64,000 bases of DNA from an uncultured delta proteobacterium (GTDB taxonomy: Bacteria > Desulfobacterota > Desulfobaccia > Desulfobaccales > 0-14-0-80-60-11): contig CAWCKU010000027.1 in NCBI GenBank assembly GCA_963796215.1, positions 1,289 to 65,288 on the forward strand. The letters run 5' to 3'. Within the stretch, counting starts at the first letter, position 1. Each line of letters opens with the position of its first letter. Below are positions 11,045-25,393 of the stretch, piece after piece. The translations under genes were made by a program, and so were the position numbers. The notes under the pieces were generated by a model. The model did no database searches. It had not been told where the DNA came from and was given only the letters and a program-made list of their open reading frames with translations.

Positions 11045-12184
11045 TTGAAGGCATTATTGGCGCTGGAAGACGGTTTGGTACTGCGGGGGCGGTCCTTTAC
11101 CGGCGAGGGCGAATCCGCCGGCGAGGTGGTGTTCAACACCGCCATGACCGGCTATCAGGAGATCCTCACCGACCCCTCTTATAAGGGCCAGATCGTCACC
11201 ATGACCTATCCCCTGATCGGCAACTACGGCATCAATCCCGAAGACATCGAATCCCGGGGGCTGCAGGTGGAGGGCTTCATTGTCAAGGAGTACCACCCCT
11301 ACCCTTCCAACTGGCGGGCCCAGGGTAAGCTGGCCGATTACCTCAAGGCCGCGGGCAAGCTGGGGGTGGAGGGCTTCGACACCCGGGCCATCACCAAGAG
11401 ATTGCGGGAGGTGGGGGCCATGCGGGGCCTCATTTCCACCGTGGACCTGGACCCGGAGTCCCTGGTGCGCCGGGCCCGGGAGCTCCCCAGCATGGAGGGC
11501 CAGGACCTGGTGCCCCTGGTCACCTGTAAACGCCCCTACTGGTGGCCGCAATTTCCGGCGGAAGGCAGGGGGACGCCGCGCACCGACACCGACCTTAATA
11601 CCCTGTGGGCCGAGCGTTCCGGCAAGAAGGTGGTGCTCTACGACTACGGCGTAAAGTTTAATATAATCAGGAGCTTAATCGAACGCGGCCTTCACGTCCT
11701 GGTGGTCCCGGCCACCACCCCGGCGGCGGCGGTGCTCAGTCTCAAGCCCGACGGCATCATCCTCAGCAACGGCCCGGGCGACCCGGCCGCGGTCACCTAT
11801 GCGGTGGACAACGTGCGCCAATGTCTGGGAGCCGCCCCCCTGTTCGGCATCTGCCTGGGGCACCAACTCCTGGGCCTGGCCCTGGGCGGCCGCACCTTCA
11901 AGCTCAAGTTCGGCCACCGGGGCGCCAACCAGCCGGTGAAGAATTTTGTCAGCGGCCGGGTGGAGATCACCTCCCAGAATCACGGCTTCGCGGTGGACCT
12001 GAAGTCCATCCCCGACGCCGCGGTGGAGCTGACCCACATCAACCTCAATGACAATACCCTGGAAGGACTGCGCCACCCGGGCCTCAAGGCCTTTTCGGTG
12101 CAATACCACCCGGAGGCCTCGCCGGGGCCCCATGACGCGGACTATTTGTTTGAAGAGTTCCTACAGATGGTAGAACATGCCTGA
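11045..12184 (+). CDS. carA: carbamoyl-phosphate synthase small (glutaminase) subunit
   Basis: [43 protein letters not shown], catalytic [17 protein letters not shown] start. Confidence 0.9.
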   Translation: MKALLALEDGLVLRGRSFTGEGESAGEVVFNTAMTGYQEILTDPSYKGQIVTMTYPLIGNYGINPEDIESRGLQVEGFIVKEYHPYPSNWRAQGKLADYLKAAGKLGVEGFDTRAITKRLREVGAMRGLISTVDLDPESLVRRARELPSMEGQDLVPLVTCKRPYWWPQFPAEGRGTPRTDTDLNTLWAERSGKKVVLYDYGVKFNIIRSLIERGLHVLVVPATTPAAAVLSLKPDGIILSNGPGDPAAVTYAVDNVRQCLGAAPLFGICLGHQLLGLALGGRTFKLKFGHRGANQPVKNFVSGRVEITSQNHGFAVDLKSIPDAAVELTHINLNDNTLEGLRHPGLKAFSVQYHPEASPGPHDADYLFEEFLQMVEHA

Positions 12185-12193
12185 GAAGGTTCC

Positions 12194-12218
12194 GTAGGGG
12201 CGACCCGCTGGGTCGCCC
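12194..12218. repeat. REP-like GC hairpin (GTAGGGGCGACCC-GCT-GGGTCGCCC), probably also the carA terminator
   Basis: Lies 10 nt after the carA stop. Member of the GGGGCG...CGCCCC(TAC) family seen at least 9 times in the window. Confidence 0.6.
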
Positions 12219-12289
12219 TTTGTTACAAGTTCTTCAAGGGTCTACGGCTCGGATGCTCTTCTCCACCTCGATTTGCTGGAGTCCCGGAG

Positions 12290-13540
12290 ATGAAAAAACC
12301 CTTAATCCTCATCTCTATCCTCATTGTAGTAGCCGGTCTTACTTGGGCCGGGATTTTCTACTATGAAAATCTGCGCGGCGCCGGCCCGGCCCTCAAGACC
12401 CCGCCCCAGGATATCGCCAAACTATTGCCGGCCGCGCCCCCGCCCTCCCCTACCCCGCCGCGGCCACTGGACGATCCCAGCGACGCCTCTGAAATTGCCG
12501 CCGGGCTTCGCCATCTCCATCTTCGCCAAAGGGTTGGAGGCGCCCCGGGTCCTGGCCCTGGACCCGGAAGGCACGCTGCTGGTGAGCATCCCGTCCCAGG
12601 GCCGGGTGGTGGCCCTGCCGGACCGGGGCGGCACAGGGGTGGCCGCTGAGGCGGTGACGGTGGTCAGTGGCCTCAAGTGGCCCCACGGCCTGGCCTTCGG
12701 CCCCGGGACCGAGCCGCAGCTCTACGTGGCCGAAACCACGGAAGTGGCGATGTATGACTATGACCCGCAAGACCCTCAAGGCCACTAATAAGCAGAAGAT
12801 TATCGACCTGCCGCCGGGGGGGCGGCATTTCACCCGGACCCTGCACTTCATGTCGCCGCCACCCAGGCCGCGGCTGCTTGATCGCCGTGGGCTCCGACTG
12901 CGACGTCTGCGTCGAAAAGGATTGGCGTTACGCCAAGATCCTGGTGGCCGAGCCTGACGGCAGCTCGCTCAAGACCTTCGCTGCGGGCCTGCGCAACTCG
13001 GTGTTCCTGACGAGCCACCCCGTGACCGGGCACATCTGGGCCACGGAGATGGGCCGGGACTACCTGGGGGACGACCTGCCGCCGGATGAGATCAACCTCA
13101 TCCTGGAAGGCCAGGATTACGGCTGGCCTTACTGCTACGGCAAACGGGTCCACGACGACAAGTTCGACCCCGAGGGCGAAAAGCGCGATTTCTGCAAAGA
13201 GACGGTGCCTTCCTACATCGACATTCCGGCTCATAGCGCCCCCCTGGGCCTGGCCTTCTTTCCCGAGGAGTGGCCCAAGGAGTTCCGCTATCATTTGCTG
13301 GTGGCCCTGCACGGCTCCTGGAACCGCAGCACGCCCACGGGCTACAAGGTGGTGCGCTACAAGCTGGACGAAGCCGGCAATGTCCTGGGGGAAGAGGACT
13401 TCATCACCGGCTGGCTGACGCCTCACGGCGCCCTGGGCCGCCCGGTGGATATCCTGATCACGGACGACGGCGTGATTTTTATCTCGGATGATAAGGCCGG
13501 GGTGATTTATCGGGTGGTTTATAACGGCACGAAAAAGTAA
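12290..13540 (+). CDS. PQQ-dependent sugar (glucose/sorbosone) dehydrogenase-like beta-propeller, membrane-anchored, frame broken at least 3 times
   Basis: Joined ORFs 12290.., 12363.. and 12878..13540: LPPGFAISIFAKGLEAPRVLALDPEGTLLVS, WPHGLAF, GRDYLGDDLPPDEINLILEGQDYGWPYCYG, HSAPLGLAFF, PVDILITDDGVIFISDD. Confidence 0.7.
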
Positions 13541-13703
13541 AGGGATTCTTCGCTCTGTTCGGAATGACAAATTAAAGCAGGCTTATCGGCATGAAGCACA
13601 GGCTGTAAGCCTGTGCCACTAAAGGAAAATGGTGGTCCGCGACCCAGGTTCTTGGGCCTGGCGCTGGGGAAGGTGACCAAACCCAACCGAAGGAGTCTTG
13701 GCA

Positions 13704-14541
13704 ATGAAAGGCAAATACCTGTGGACCCTTTGTCGCACTGTTCCTCTTCAGTCTGTTCGTGGCCACCGGCGCCTACGCCGCGGCGGTGGGCCGCTTCACT
13801 TTGGTGGAAGGCCAGGTGGACGTGCTGAAGCACGGCCAGGTCCCGGCTGCCGCGGCCAAGATGGGCGACGGGGTGGAGCCCGGGGACGTGATCCGCACCA
13901 AGTCCCAGGCCAAGGCCCAGGTGAAATTCGTGGACGACTCCTTCGTCACCATGGCGCCGGAGAGCCGCATCGCCGTGGCGGACTTCACCTATGATGCCGC
14001 CAGCAGAGAACGCCATGCGGTGCTGCGCTTCTTCAAAGGGGTGATGCACACCCTGGTGACCCGCGTCGAGCAGGTGCAGCAGCCGGAATTCCTCATGGAG
14101 ACCCACACCGCGGTGTTTGGAGTGCGCGGCACCGAAATATACACGGTCTTGCTGCCCAATGCCACCGGGGCGTACCTGATCAGCGGCCTCCTGGAGGGGC
14201 GCTCTAATAACCCGCAAATCCCGGAGACCGTCCTGCTGAACCCCATGGAGTTCACCTTGATTTCCCGGGGTCAGCCCCCCCGGCTGCCCAAAAAGATTAC
14301 CCCGGCCATGCTGGAGATGCTGAAAACCCTGATGAACACCGGCCTTAAAGACACCGCCTTTCTGGGCGTCGGCGGCGGACCCAGCCTGGGGAGCGGGCCG
14401 CAAATCCCTGAAATGCTCGGATTCCCGGGGGGGCCGGATTACATGCAGCCGGTGATTCCGCCCAAACTGGTGCCGCAGGTCTTGGCCCCGACGGTCCAAC
14501 CACAACAAGCGCCCGCACCCAGCCCGCCAGCCGGAAGATGA
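13704..14541 (+). CDS. secreted FecR-domain protein, one frame break just after the start
   Basis: AGGAG then ATG 13704 (MKGKYLWTL). A shift gives signal peptide VALFLFSLFVATGAYA. FecR-like GQVDVLKHG...GDVIRTKSQAKAQVKFVDDSFVTMAPESRI. Pro-rich tail. Confidence 0.6.
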
Positions 14542-14729
14542 TCGGCCCGACGGCTGGTTAGGGGGGCTGCAAGCCGGTTTATTCTATGGTATTATTTTCT
14601 GTCGGACCCGATGCGCCCCCGGAGTGAGACGCCGGGGGGTGGGAAGAAAAATCTGCTGGCCTAAAAGCTCCCAAAAGATTAAGATCTTTTAAGTAATCGC
14701 CTTCCAGGAGGAAGACGGGCCGCTAAAGA

Positions 14730-16071
14730 ATGGGCGGCCAGTCATTTTCGCGTTGGTCTCCGGGAAAGGATGGTTGGGGGAAAAACTGCGTTTATATGAC
14801 CAAAATAGAGGGAGACAGTTCGAGGGTACCAAACAGCCACAGCCGCAATTGGTTTGAACGAAACCCCAAGAAGACCATTATTTTTTTGGTGGGGTTCGTG
14901 GTTATTTTCCTGGATTTAATCTTAGCGCCATTTTTTGCAGAAAGAATCCCAAACATTAAAGATACCCACTACCATCATGGCTTTGAGGCCAATTATCGCG
15001 GCACAGTGACTTGGGGAACCAAGAACTATATATTCCAGACCAACTCATTGGGATTTAAAGACAGGAACAATCGAGCCGTTAAGCTCAAGAACAATAAGTA
15101 TAGAATTATATTTATTGGTGACTCTTTTACAGAAGGGGTTGGATTTCCGTATGATGAAACGTTTGTTGGATTAATTGACCAACAATTAAATAACTCAGAC
15201 TATGAGGTATTGAATGCCGGCGTATCATCATATTCTCCTAAATTATATTATCTCAAGATTAAATACTTGGTCGAAAATGTTGGCTTGAAATTTGATGAGT
15301 TATGCGTGTATTTCGATATCTCCGACGTTCAGGATGAAATCGAATATGAGAGTTTTCAACCATCCGACTCCTACATTTTATCGTTTTTAAACCGGCTGAA
15401 CTTTTTGCTAAAAAGATATTCCTTTACCGGTAATGTGGCGATTAGAGAAATAATCAAAATAAAACGAGAATTGTTGTTGAAAAGTATTGGGACGGTATCT
15501 ATTCCGAAACATAAAAATGCAGAAATAAAACAGGTTACCCCAAATGAAGTAATGTGGGAAAACCAGGATGATTATCTAAAATATCGAGGCGCGTGGACTT
15601 ATGATGAAAATACCATGAAAAAATGGGGGAAAAAGGGTTGTTCTCTCGCCATTGATAATATGGATAAATTATACAGATTATGTCAACAACATAATATCAA
15701 GTTAACTATTGCGGTATATCCCTGGCCGAGTGAAATTCTCAGGAATAATTTTAATTCAATAAATATTTCATTATGGAAGGATTTTTGTCATAAGCGAGAA
15801 ATTACATTTTTAAACTGCTATCCTTATTTTTTCACTGGGGACCAAGCCCAGAAGATCGTAGAAAAATATTATGTCCCAGGTGATATTCATTTTAATCTCG
15901 AAGGACATAAATTAATGGCCAAAGCCTGGTTAGACCACTTCGCTAAAAATAATTTCAGAAAAGTCGGCTGGCTGAAGAGAAGAGAGACCGGAGCAACGGC
16001 CGGTAAAGAGAAAGGATGCGACGCAGAGGCTGCTCACCAAAGCGGCTTCGGAGCAGAGCGATTTAAATATT

Positions 16072-16088
<17 letters not shown>
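14730..16088 (+). CDS. membrane-anchored SGNH/GDSL hydrolase (low-GC islet); true start probably ATG 14796; C-terminal about 40 aa probably read-through
   Basis: TM segment [20 protein letters not shown]. Block [12 protein letters not shown], block III LNAG, block [12 protein letters not shown]. About 35-42% GC over 14800-15960 by line counts. The ORF tail overlaps the carB start by 17 nt. Confidence 0.7.
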
Positions 16089-19348
<3,260 letters not shown>

Positions 19349-19356
19349 ATACTTTA

Positions 19357-19398
19357 GGTGGCACAGGCTTTCCAGCCGGTGCCACCTATATTTTTTTT
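19357..19398 (+). terminator. rho-independent terminator after carB (GGCACAGGCT-type hairpin)
   Basis: GGTGGCAC...GTGCCACC stem with inner GGCT/AGCC pairing, followed by TATATTTTTTTT. Confidence 0.7.
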
Positions 19399-19424
19399 CA
19401 AATTGAGGTTTTGTAATTCCCCCC

Positions 19425-20943
19425 ATGCCTGACGCCATCCACACTGAATTGAAGCTGCCCGCCGATCGCCCGCCTGCTGCGGCTGGTGCAGGATTATGTG
19501 CGCGGTCTGGCGGAGTTGGCCGGGCTGCCGGCGGAGGAAGCCCAGTCCCTGGCCCTGGGGATTGCGGAGGCCTGCCAGCATCGCCTCGAATGCGCCTTCG
19601 ACGCCGATGACGCCGGAGCCTGTATGCTGGTGGGCGAACTGACTCCCACTGCCTTGAACCTCTCCCTCTGCGATCAGGGGCTCCCCACCGACGAAGGGCT
19701 GGAGGAGGCCGCAGCGCAGGCTGAGGCCGAAGCCGCTGGAACGGCGTGCGCCCACGGCTATGGCCTGGACCTGCTTAACCATTGCGCCGATGAGGTCCGC
19801 TGGCTCAACCACGGGTTGGAAGGCAACGAACTGCGCCTGACCAAATACCTGGCCGGGGTCTGCCGCCTGGAGGCGCCTTCGGTTCGGGCTGCCAACCACC
19901 AAAACGAGGCCTGCGTCCTTTCGGCCCGGGATTACACCATTCGCCTGCTGCGGCCCGGAGACGGCCCCCGGGTGGCCCAGTTGATGTACCGGGTCTACGG
20001 CTATTCCTACTCCAACGAAGATTTCTACTATCCCGCCCGGCTCGACCACGACCTGGAGACCGGCCGCCACGTGGGCGTGGTGGCCGTGGCCGGCGACGGC
20101 GAGATCGTGGGCCATGCCGGCATCGAGCGTCCGGACCTGGGGCCCCTGGCCGAATTGGGACAAATGGCGGTGGCCCCGGCCCATCGCCACCACGACTTGC
20201 ATAAGCTCATGAGCGTCCGGCTCCATGAAGAAATCCAGCGGCTGGGTCTCATCGGCCTGTTTGGTGAAGCGGTCACCATCCACACCATCAGCCAGCAGGC
20301 CAGCGAAAGTCGCGGCTTGCGCGTCTCGGCCCTCAAGCTCCTGGATTGGCAGGCGCAATTTAAACGGGTCGAAGGCCTCCATCCCGGCCTGGCGCCGGAG
20401 AACGCTCCGGAGCGCGAGAGCATGGTTTTTTATTTCAAGTACCTGCAGCCGCAGGGTCCGGCGCGGGTCTGCGCCCCTTCCCGGCATCACCGCATGCTGA
20501 CCCGGATTTACGAAAACCTGGCCCTGCCGCTGCGCTTCCTGGAACCCAGCGGCCCCACAGGCCGAGGCGAGGTGGCGGTACACTACGACAAGGCCGTTGG
20601 CGTCGGGTCCATCCAGGTCAACCGCATCGGCATCGACACCTTGCCGGAAATTTGCCAGGCGCGGCGCGATCTCTGCGAACTGGCCGGCGCCGCAGTGGTC
20701 GGCCTCGATTTGCCGCTGAGCCAGGGCGGCACTCCTTATCTTTGCGACATTGCCGAGGAAAACGGCTTCTTTTTTTCCGGGGTCCGGCCCCATTTCGCCC
20801 CCGACGGCGACTTCTTGCGGCTGCAATATCTCAATGCCGCCTTGGACCTGGAGCGCATCCGGCTCTTTGCGCCCTTCGCCCAGGAACTGCTGGCCTATAT
20901 CCTGGAAGACCGGGAGCGGGTGCGGCAAATCCAGAGAACTTAA
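19425..20943 (+). CDS. three-part protein: weak RsbW-like N-domain + GNAT-like acetyltransferase + unknown ~200-aa C-domain; one frame break near 19480
   Basis: MPDAIHTELKLPADRP, then a shift to LLRLVQDYVRGLAELAGLP...EVRWLNHGLEGNELRLTKYL. GNAT-like part YTIRLLRPGD...VVAVAGDGEIVGHAGIE...LGQMAVAPAHRHHDLHKLM. Confidence 0.45.
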
Positions 20944-21049
20944 AGCGGCTGAACCAAGAATTATTATTCGACTTTAGGCGCGAAATATCTTAATCTAGAA
21001 CATATATCGCCTAGATAACTTTACTTCGCTGGGGATATTGAGGTTATTT

Positions 21050-21082
21050 GCACAGGCTGGCAGCCTGTGCCGCTTTTTTTTT
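21050..21082 (+). terminator. rho-independent terminator
   Basis: GCACAGGCT-GGC-AGCCTGTGC, then CGC and T9. Confidence 0.8.
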
Positions 21083-21233
21083 CGCAGGCTGAAGCCTGCG
21101 GCTACTAAACCCGCCAAAAATAAGGCCGCTGCGGCAAAGGGCAAGATTTTGAAGAGCGAAAACCGAAAATCCCCCCTAACCCCCCTTTTACCAAGGGGGG
21201 AACGGAAAACCGAAGACCCGGACGTCCGGCTGG

Positions 21234-22682
<1,449 letters not shown>

Positions 22683-22800
22683 CCCGCAGGGGCGGCTCGC
22701 GAGCCGCCCCTACACTCCATCGCCTTCCCCCTACCTTTGCTTGCATCTTCCTTGAAAAAACTGTAGTTATTCCCAGAATAATCCCATAAGCGGCGGCTCT

Positions 22801-23269
22801 ATGTCTCATCATCTCATCGGCGTCATCTCCGACACCCACGGGTTACTGCGGCCCCAGGCGGTTAAGGCCCTGGGCGGCGTGGACCTCATCATCCACGCCG
22901 GAGACCTCGGCGGTCCGGAGGTGCTGGCGCGGCTTACGGCGATCGCCCCGGTCCAGGCGGTGCGGGGCAACGTCGATAAGGGCGATTGGGCCCGGCCACT
23001 GCCTACGGAACCGGGTCGTGGCAGTGGGCCAGGTGCAGCTCTATGTCTTGCACAACCTCTACGAACTGGATCTGGACCCCGGAGCGGCCGGCCTGGCCGC
23101 GGTGATTTACGGCCATTCCCACGAACCCTCCCAGGAGCGCCAAGACGGGGTCCTCTATTTGAACCCAGGCAGTGCCGGGCCGCGGCGTTTCTCTCTGCCG
23201 GTCAGCCTGGCCCTCCTCCAGGTGACGGGGGATTTGCTGAAGGTTGAATTCATCGAGCTGAAAATTTGA
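22801..23269 (+). CDS. YfcE/MJ0936-family metallophosphoesterase, one frame break near 23010
   Basis: IGVISDTHG, LIIHAGDLG, RGNVD, IYGHSHEP, LNPGS. Confidence 0.75.
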
Positions 23270-23274
23270 TCCCT

Positions 23275-23453
23275 TAGGGCGAATCTTGGGTTCGCCCTCC
23301 TTCCTAGGGCTGGCGGCAACTTGGTCAAAGATATCGTGTGCCCCCCTACCCTGCTGCTCTTCAAGTTGCGTTCATAAAAGTAAATTATCCCCTGTAGGGG
23401 TGGACCTATGTGTCCGCCCTCAAAATAGGGCGCACACGCAGGTGCGCCCCTAC
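23275..23453. repeat. cluster of three REP-like hairpins
   Basis: GGGCGAA-tcttggg-TTCGCCC (23277-23297), GGGGTGGAC-ctatgt-GTCCGCCCT (23397-23420), GGGCGCAC-acgcag-GTGCGCCC+CTAC (23428-23453). Confidence 0.7.
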
Positions 23454-23576
23454 GGGTAATGCTCCTGAAATTATGAAAGCCTGCCATTCGGTTTAACCGT
23501 TCTTCAAAAGAAAATGAGAAGGGTTATTAATAAGGCTCCCATTGCATTCCGGGCATAATTCAAGGAGGGGCGCAAA

Positions 23577-24047
23577 ATGCAAATGAGCGAAAATGGACAG
23601 AAAAAGTTGGCCGATTGGGAAGGCTTCAAGCTCCGGGCCTATCATGACGCGGCCGGCAAGCTCACCATCGGCGTCGGCCATCTGCTGACCCGAAGCGAGC
23701 TGTCTTCGGGGAAGATCTGGATTCAGGGGGAGGCGGTGCGATATGCCGCCGGCCTGAGCGACCGGCAGGTGTTAGCCCTGCTGGGCCAGGACTTGAAAGG
23801 GGCGGAAAACGCCGTCAATGAGGGCGTTGAGGTTGAGTTGCAGCAGAACCAGTTTGATACCCTGGTTTCCTTTTGCTTTAACGTGGGGGCCACGGCCTTC
23901 AAAAACAGCACCCTCTTGAGACGGCTCAATCAAGGCGGCTATGACGAAGTGCCAGCCCAGTTGCGCCGCTGGGTCCATTGCGACGGTGCGGTGGAGGCGG
24001 GGTTGGTCAACCGTCGGGAACATGAGATTGTCCTGTGGAATGCCTGA
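23577..24047 (+). CDS. GH24 phage-type lysozyme (no signal peptide)
   Basis: AAGGAGGGG lies 6 nt upstream. E-x8-D-x5-T triad in WEGFKLRAYHDAAGKLTIGVGH. FDTLVSFCFNVG, GLVNRR. Confidence 0.8.
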   Translation: MQMSENGQKKLADWEGFKLRAYHDAAGKLTIGVGHLLTRSELSSGKIWIQGEAVRYAAGLSDRQVLALLGQDLKGAENAVNEGVEVELQQNQFDTLVSFCFNVGATAFKNSTLLRRLNQGGYDEVPAQLRRWVHCDGAVEAGLVNRREHEIVLWNA

Positions 24048-24252
24048 GCTGACCAGCCCTGTGCGGCACTTTCCCGTAAAATTTCCTCTGGCCAGCAGCG
24101 GCGGCGAGCGGTGGCGGTGGAAGACCAAGGCGCTGAATCCCCCCGAACGAAGCCCGGCGGCACTTGCACTTTGGTGGTAGATTTAGTAGGGTTTACCAGA
24201 TTGCCGGAACTCCATTTAAGAGAGTTCAATCTCGTAACCCGGGGGATCCCTG

Positions 24253-24873
24253 ATGATAAAAATGAAATCTCTGCTACTTCTGCTCATTCTGGTCCTGGCG
24301 GCGGCGTGCACGGAGCAAAAAGCGACCCAGACGGGGGCGCCGATGACCGACAACGAAGAAAATCGTCTGATCGCGGCCAAAGAATACCTGAAGATCGCCC
24401 CGGCCCAAGACCTGCTGAAAGAGATGACCACCTCGTTTGCGGGTAAGCTGCCGGATCAGGTTCAGAAGAAATTTAACGAAGTTATGGCCAGCAAGGACTT
24501 GCAGGATAGCACGTATCAGATTACCTTGAAGGCCCTGGTGAAACAATTTACCGTCAATGAATTAAAGGCCATGACCGCGTTTTACAGCACACCTGAGGGC
24601 AAATCAATCCGCCAGAAAATGGGGGCTTATATGTCCGAGGTCATGCCGCAGGTCTATAAGGAAGTTGCCACGGCCATGAAGGCGGCGGAACCCCAGGCGG
24701 CTCCAGAATCCAAAGCGGCGCCGGCGCCTCATCCGACTCCAGGGCCGCAGGCGGCTCCAGGACCGCAGGCAGCACCTCAGCCCAAGGCAACTCCAGTACC
24801 CCAGGCGGCTCCTGAGACCAAGGCGCAGCCTGCACCACCAAGTCCCAAACCCGGAACGCCGGCCCCCAGATAA
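24253..24873 (+). CDS. lipoprotein with DUF2059-like domain and Pro/Ala-rich repetitive tail
   Basis: Lipobox LVLAAAC. MTAFYSTPEGKSIRQKM. Tail made of PQAAP/PKAxP repeats. Confidence 0.6.
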   Translation: MIKMKSLLLLLILVLAAACTEQKATQTGAPMTDNEENRLIAAKEYLKIAPAQDLLKEMTTSFAGKLPDQVQKKFNEVMASKDLQDSTYQITLKALVKQFTVNELKAMTAFYSTPEGKSIRQKMGAYMSEVMPQVYKEVATAMKAAEPQAAPESKAAPAPHPTPGPQAAPGPQAAPQPKATPVPQAAPETKAQPAPPSPKPGTPAPR

Positions 24874-24902
24874 GAGCGGGCCTGTTTCCTTAGAGAAAAT
24901 GA

Positions 24903-24933
24903 AAGAGGCAGGGGACGACCCCTGCCTCTTTTT
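24903..24933. terminator. bidirectional terminator between convergent genes
   Basis: AAGAGGCAGGGG-acga-CCCCTGCCTCTT, with T-rich runs on both strands. Confidence 0.7.
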
Positions 24934-24967
24934 GGTCTGGCTTCATAATAATTTGGGGTCCTTTAAT

Positions 24968-25354
24968 TCAACCGCCCAGGTAGCCCCCGGCAATGTGGGA
25001 GGCGTCCCACCAGTCGATCTTTTCCACCAGCCGCTCTTTCAGTTCTTCGATCTCCATCTTGGCCTTGCTCCAGTCGGCCGGACATTCCTGCATGAGCCGG
25101 TCGATTCTCCGGCTCAGATCACCAATCAGGATCTGGAGTTCGTCGGTCTGGAATCTGATCTTGGCCCTTTCTTCCCGGGGCATCCGCTCGATGACCCGGA
25201 GGATGTCGTAAACCTTTGCCTTCATCCCGGTCAGCTCCGCATACATGGAGTCGCAGTACTCTCTGATTTCCATGGCGCCAGCCCCTTTGTTCCCTTGTGA
25301 TAGATTAAATTTAGCCATAAACCATGACGTTGTCAATGCTTGTAAGCCTGGCAA
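24968..25354 (-). CDS. hypothetical helical protein (probable start MEIREY at 25273)
   Basis: ORF with coiled-coil-like composition, ends WWDASHIAGGYLGG. No family recognised. Confidence 0.45.
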   Translation of the reverse strand: MPGLQALTTSWFMAKFNLSQGNKGAGAMEIREYCDSMYAELTGMKAKVYDILRVIERMPREERAKIRFQTDELQILIGDLSRRIDRLMQECPADWSKAKMEIEELKERLVEKIDWWDASHIAGGYLGG

Positions 25355-25393
25355 GGACTCAAGCGCTTGCCATCACACTTAAAAACCGATAGT

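Noticed and set aside
19354-20928. 524-aa minus-strand ORF, the longest unexplained ORF in the track
   Set aside because: It lies antisense to the 19425..20943 gene. Its composition is the G/A/R/Q/V-rich pattern typical of shadow frames in GC-rich DNA, and it has no motif. The plus-strand product has recognisable domain-like segments and a terminator.
23155-23487. 110-aa minus ORF
   Set aside because: It is translated from stacked REP hairpins (RGAPACAPY, GRRANPRFAL) and overlaps the 3' end of the phosphoesterase gene.
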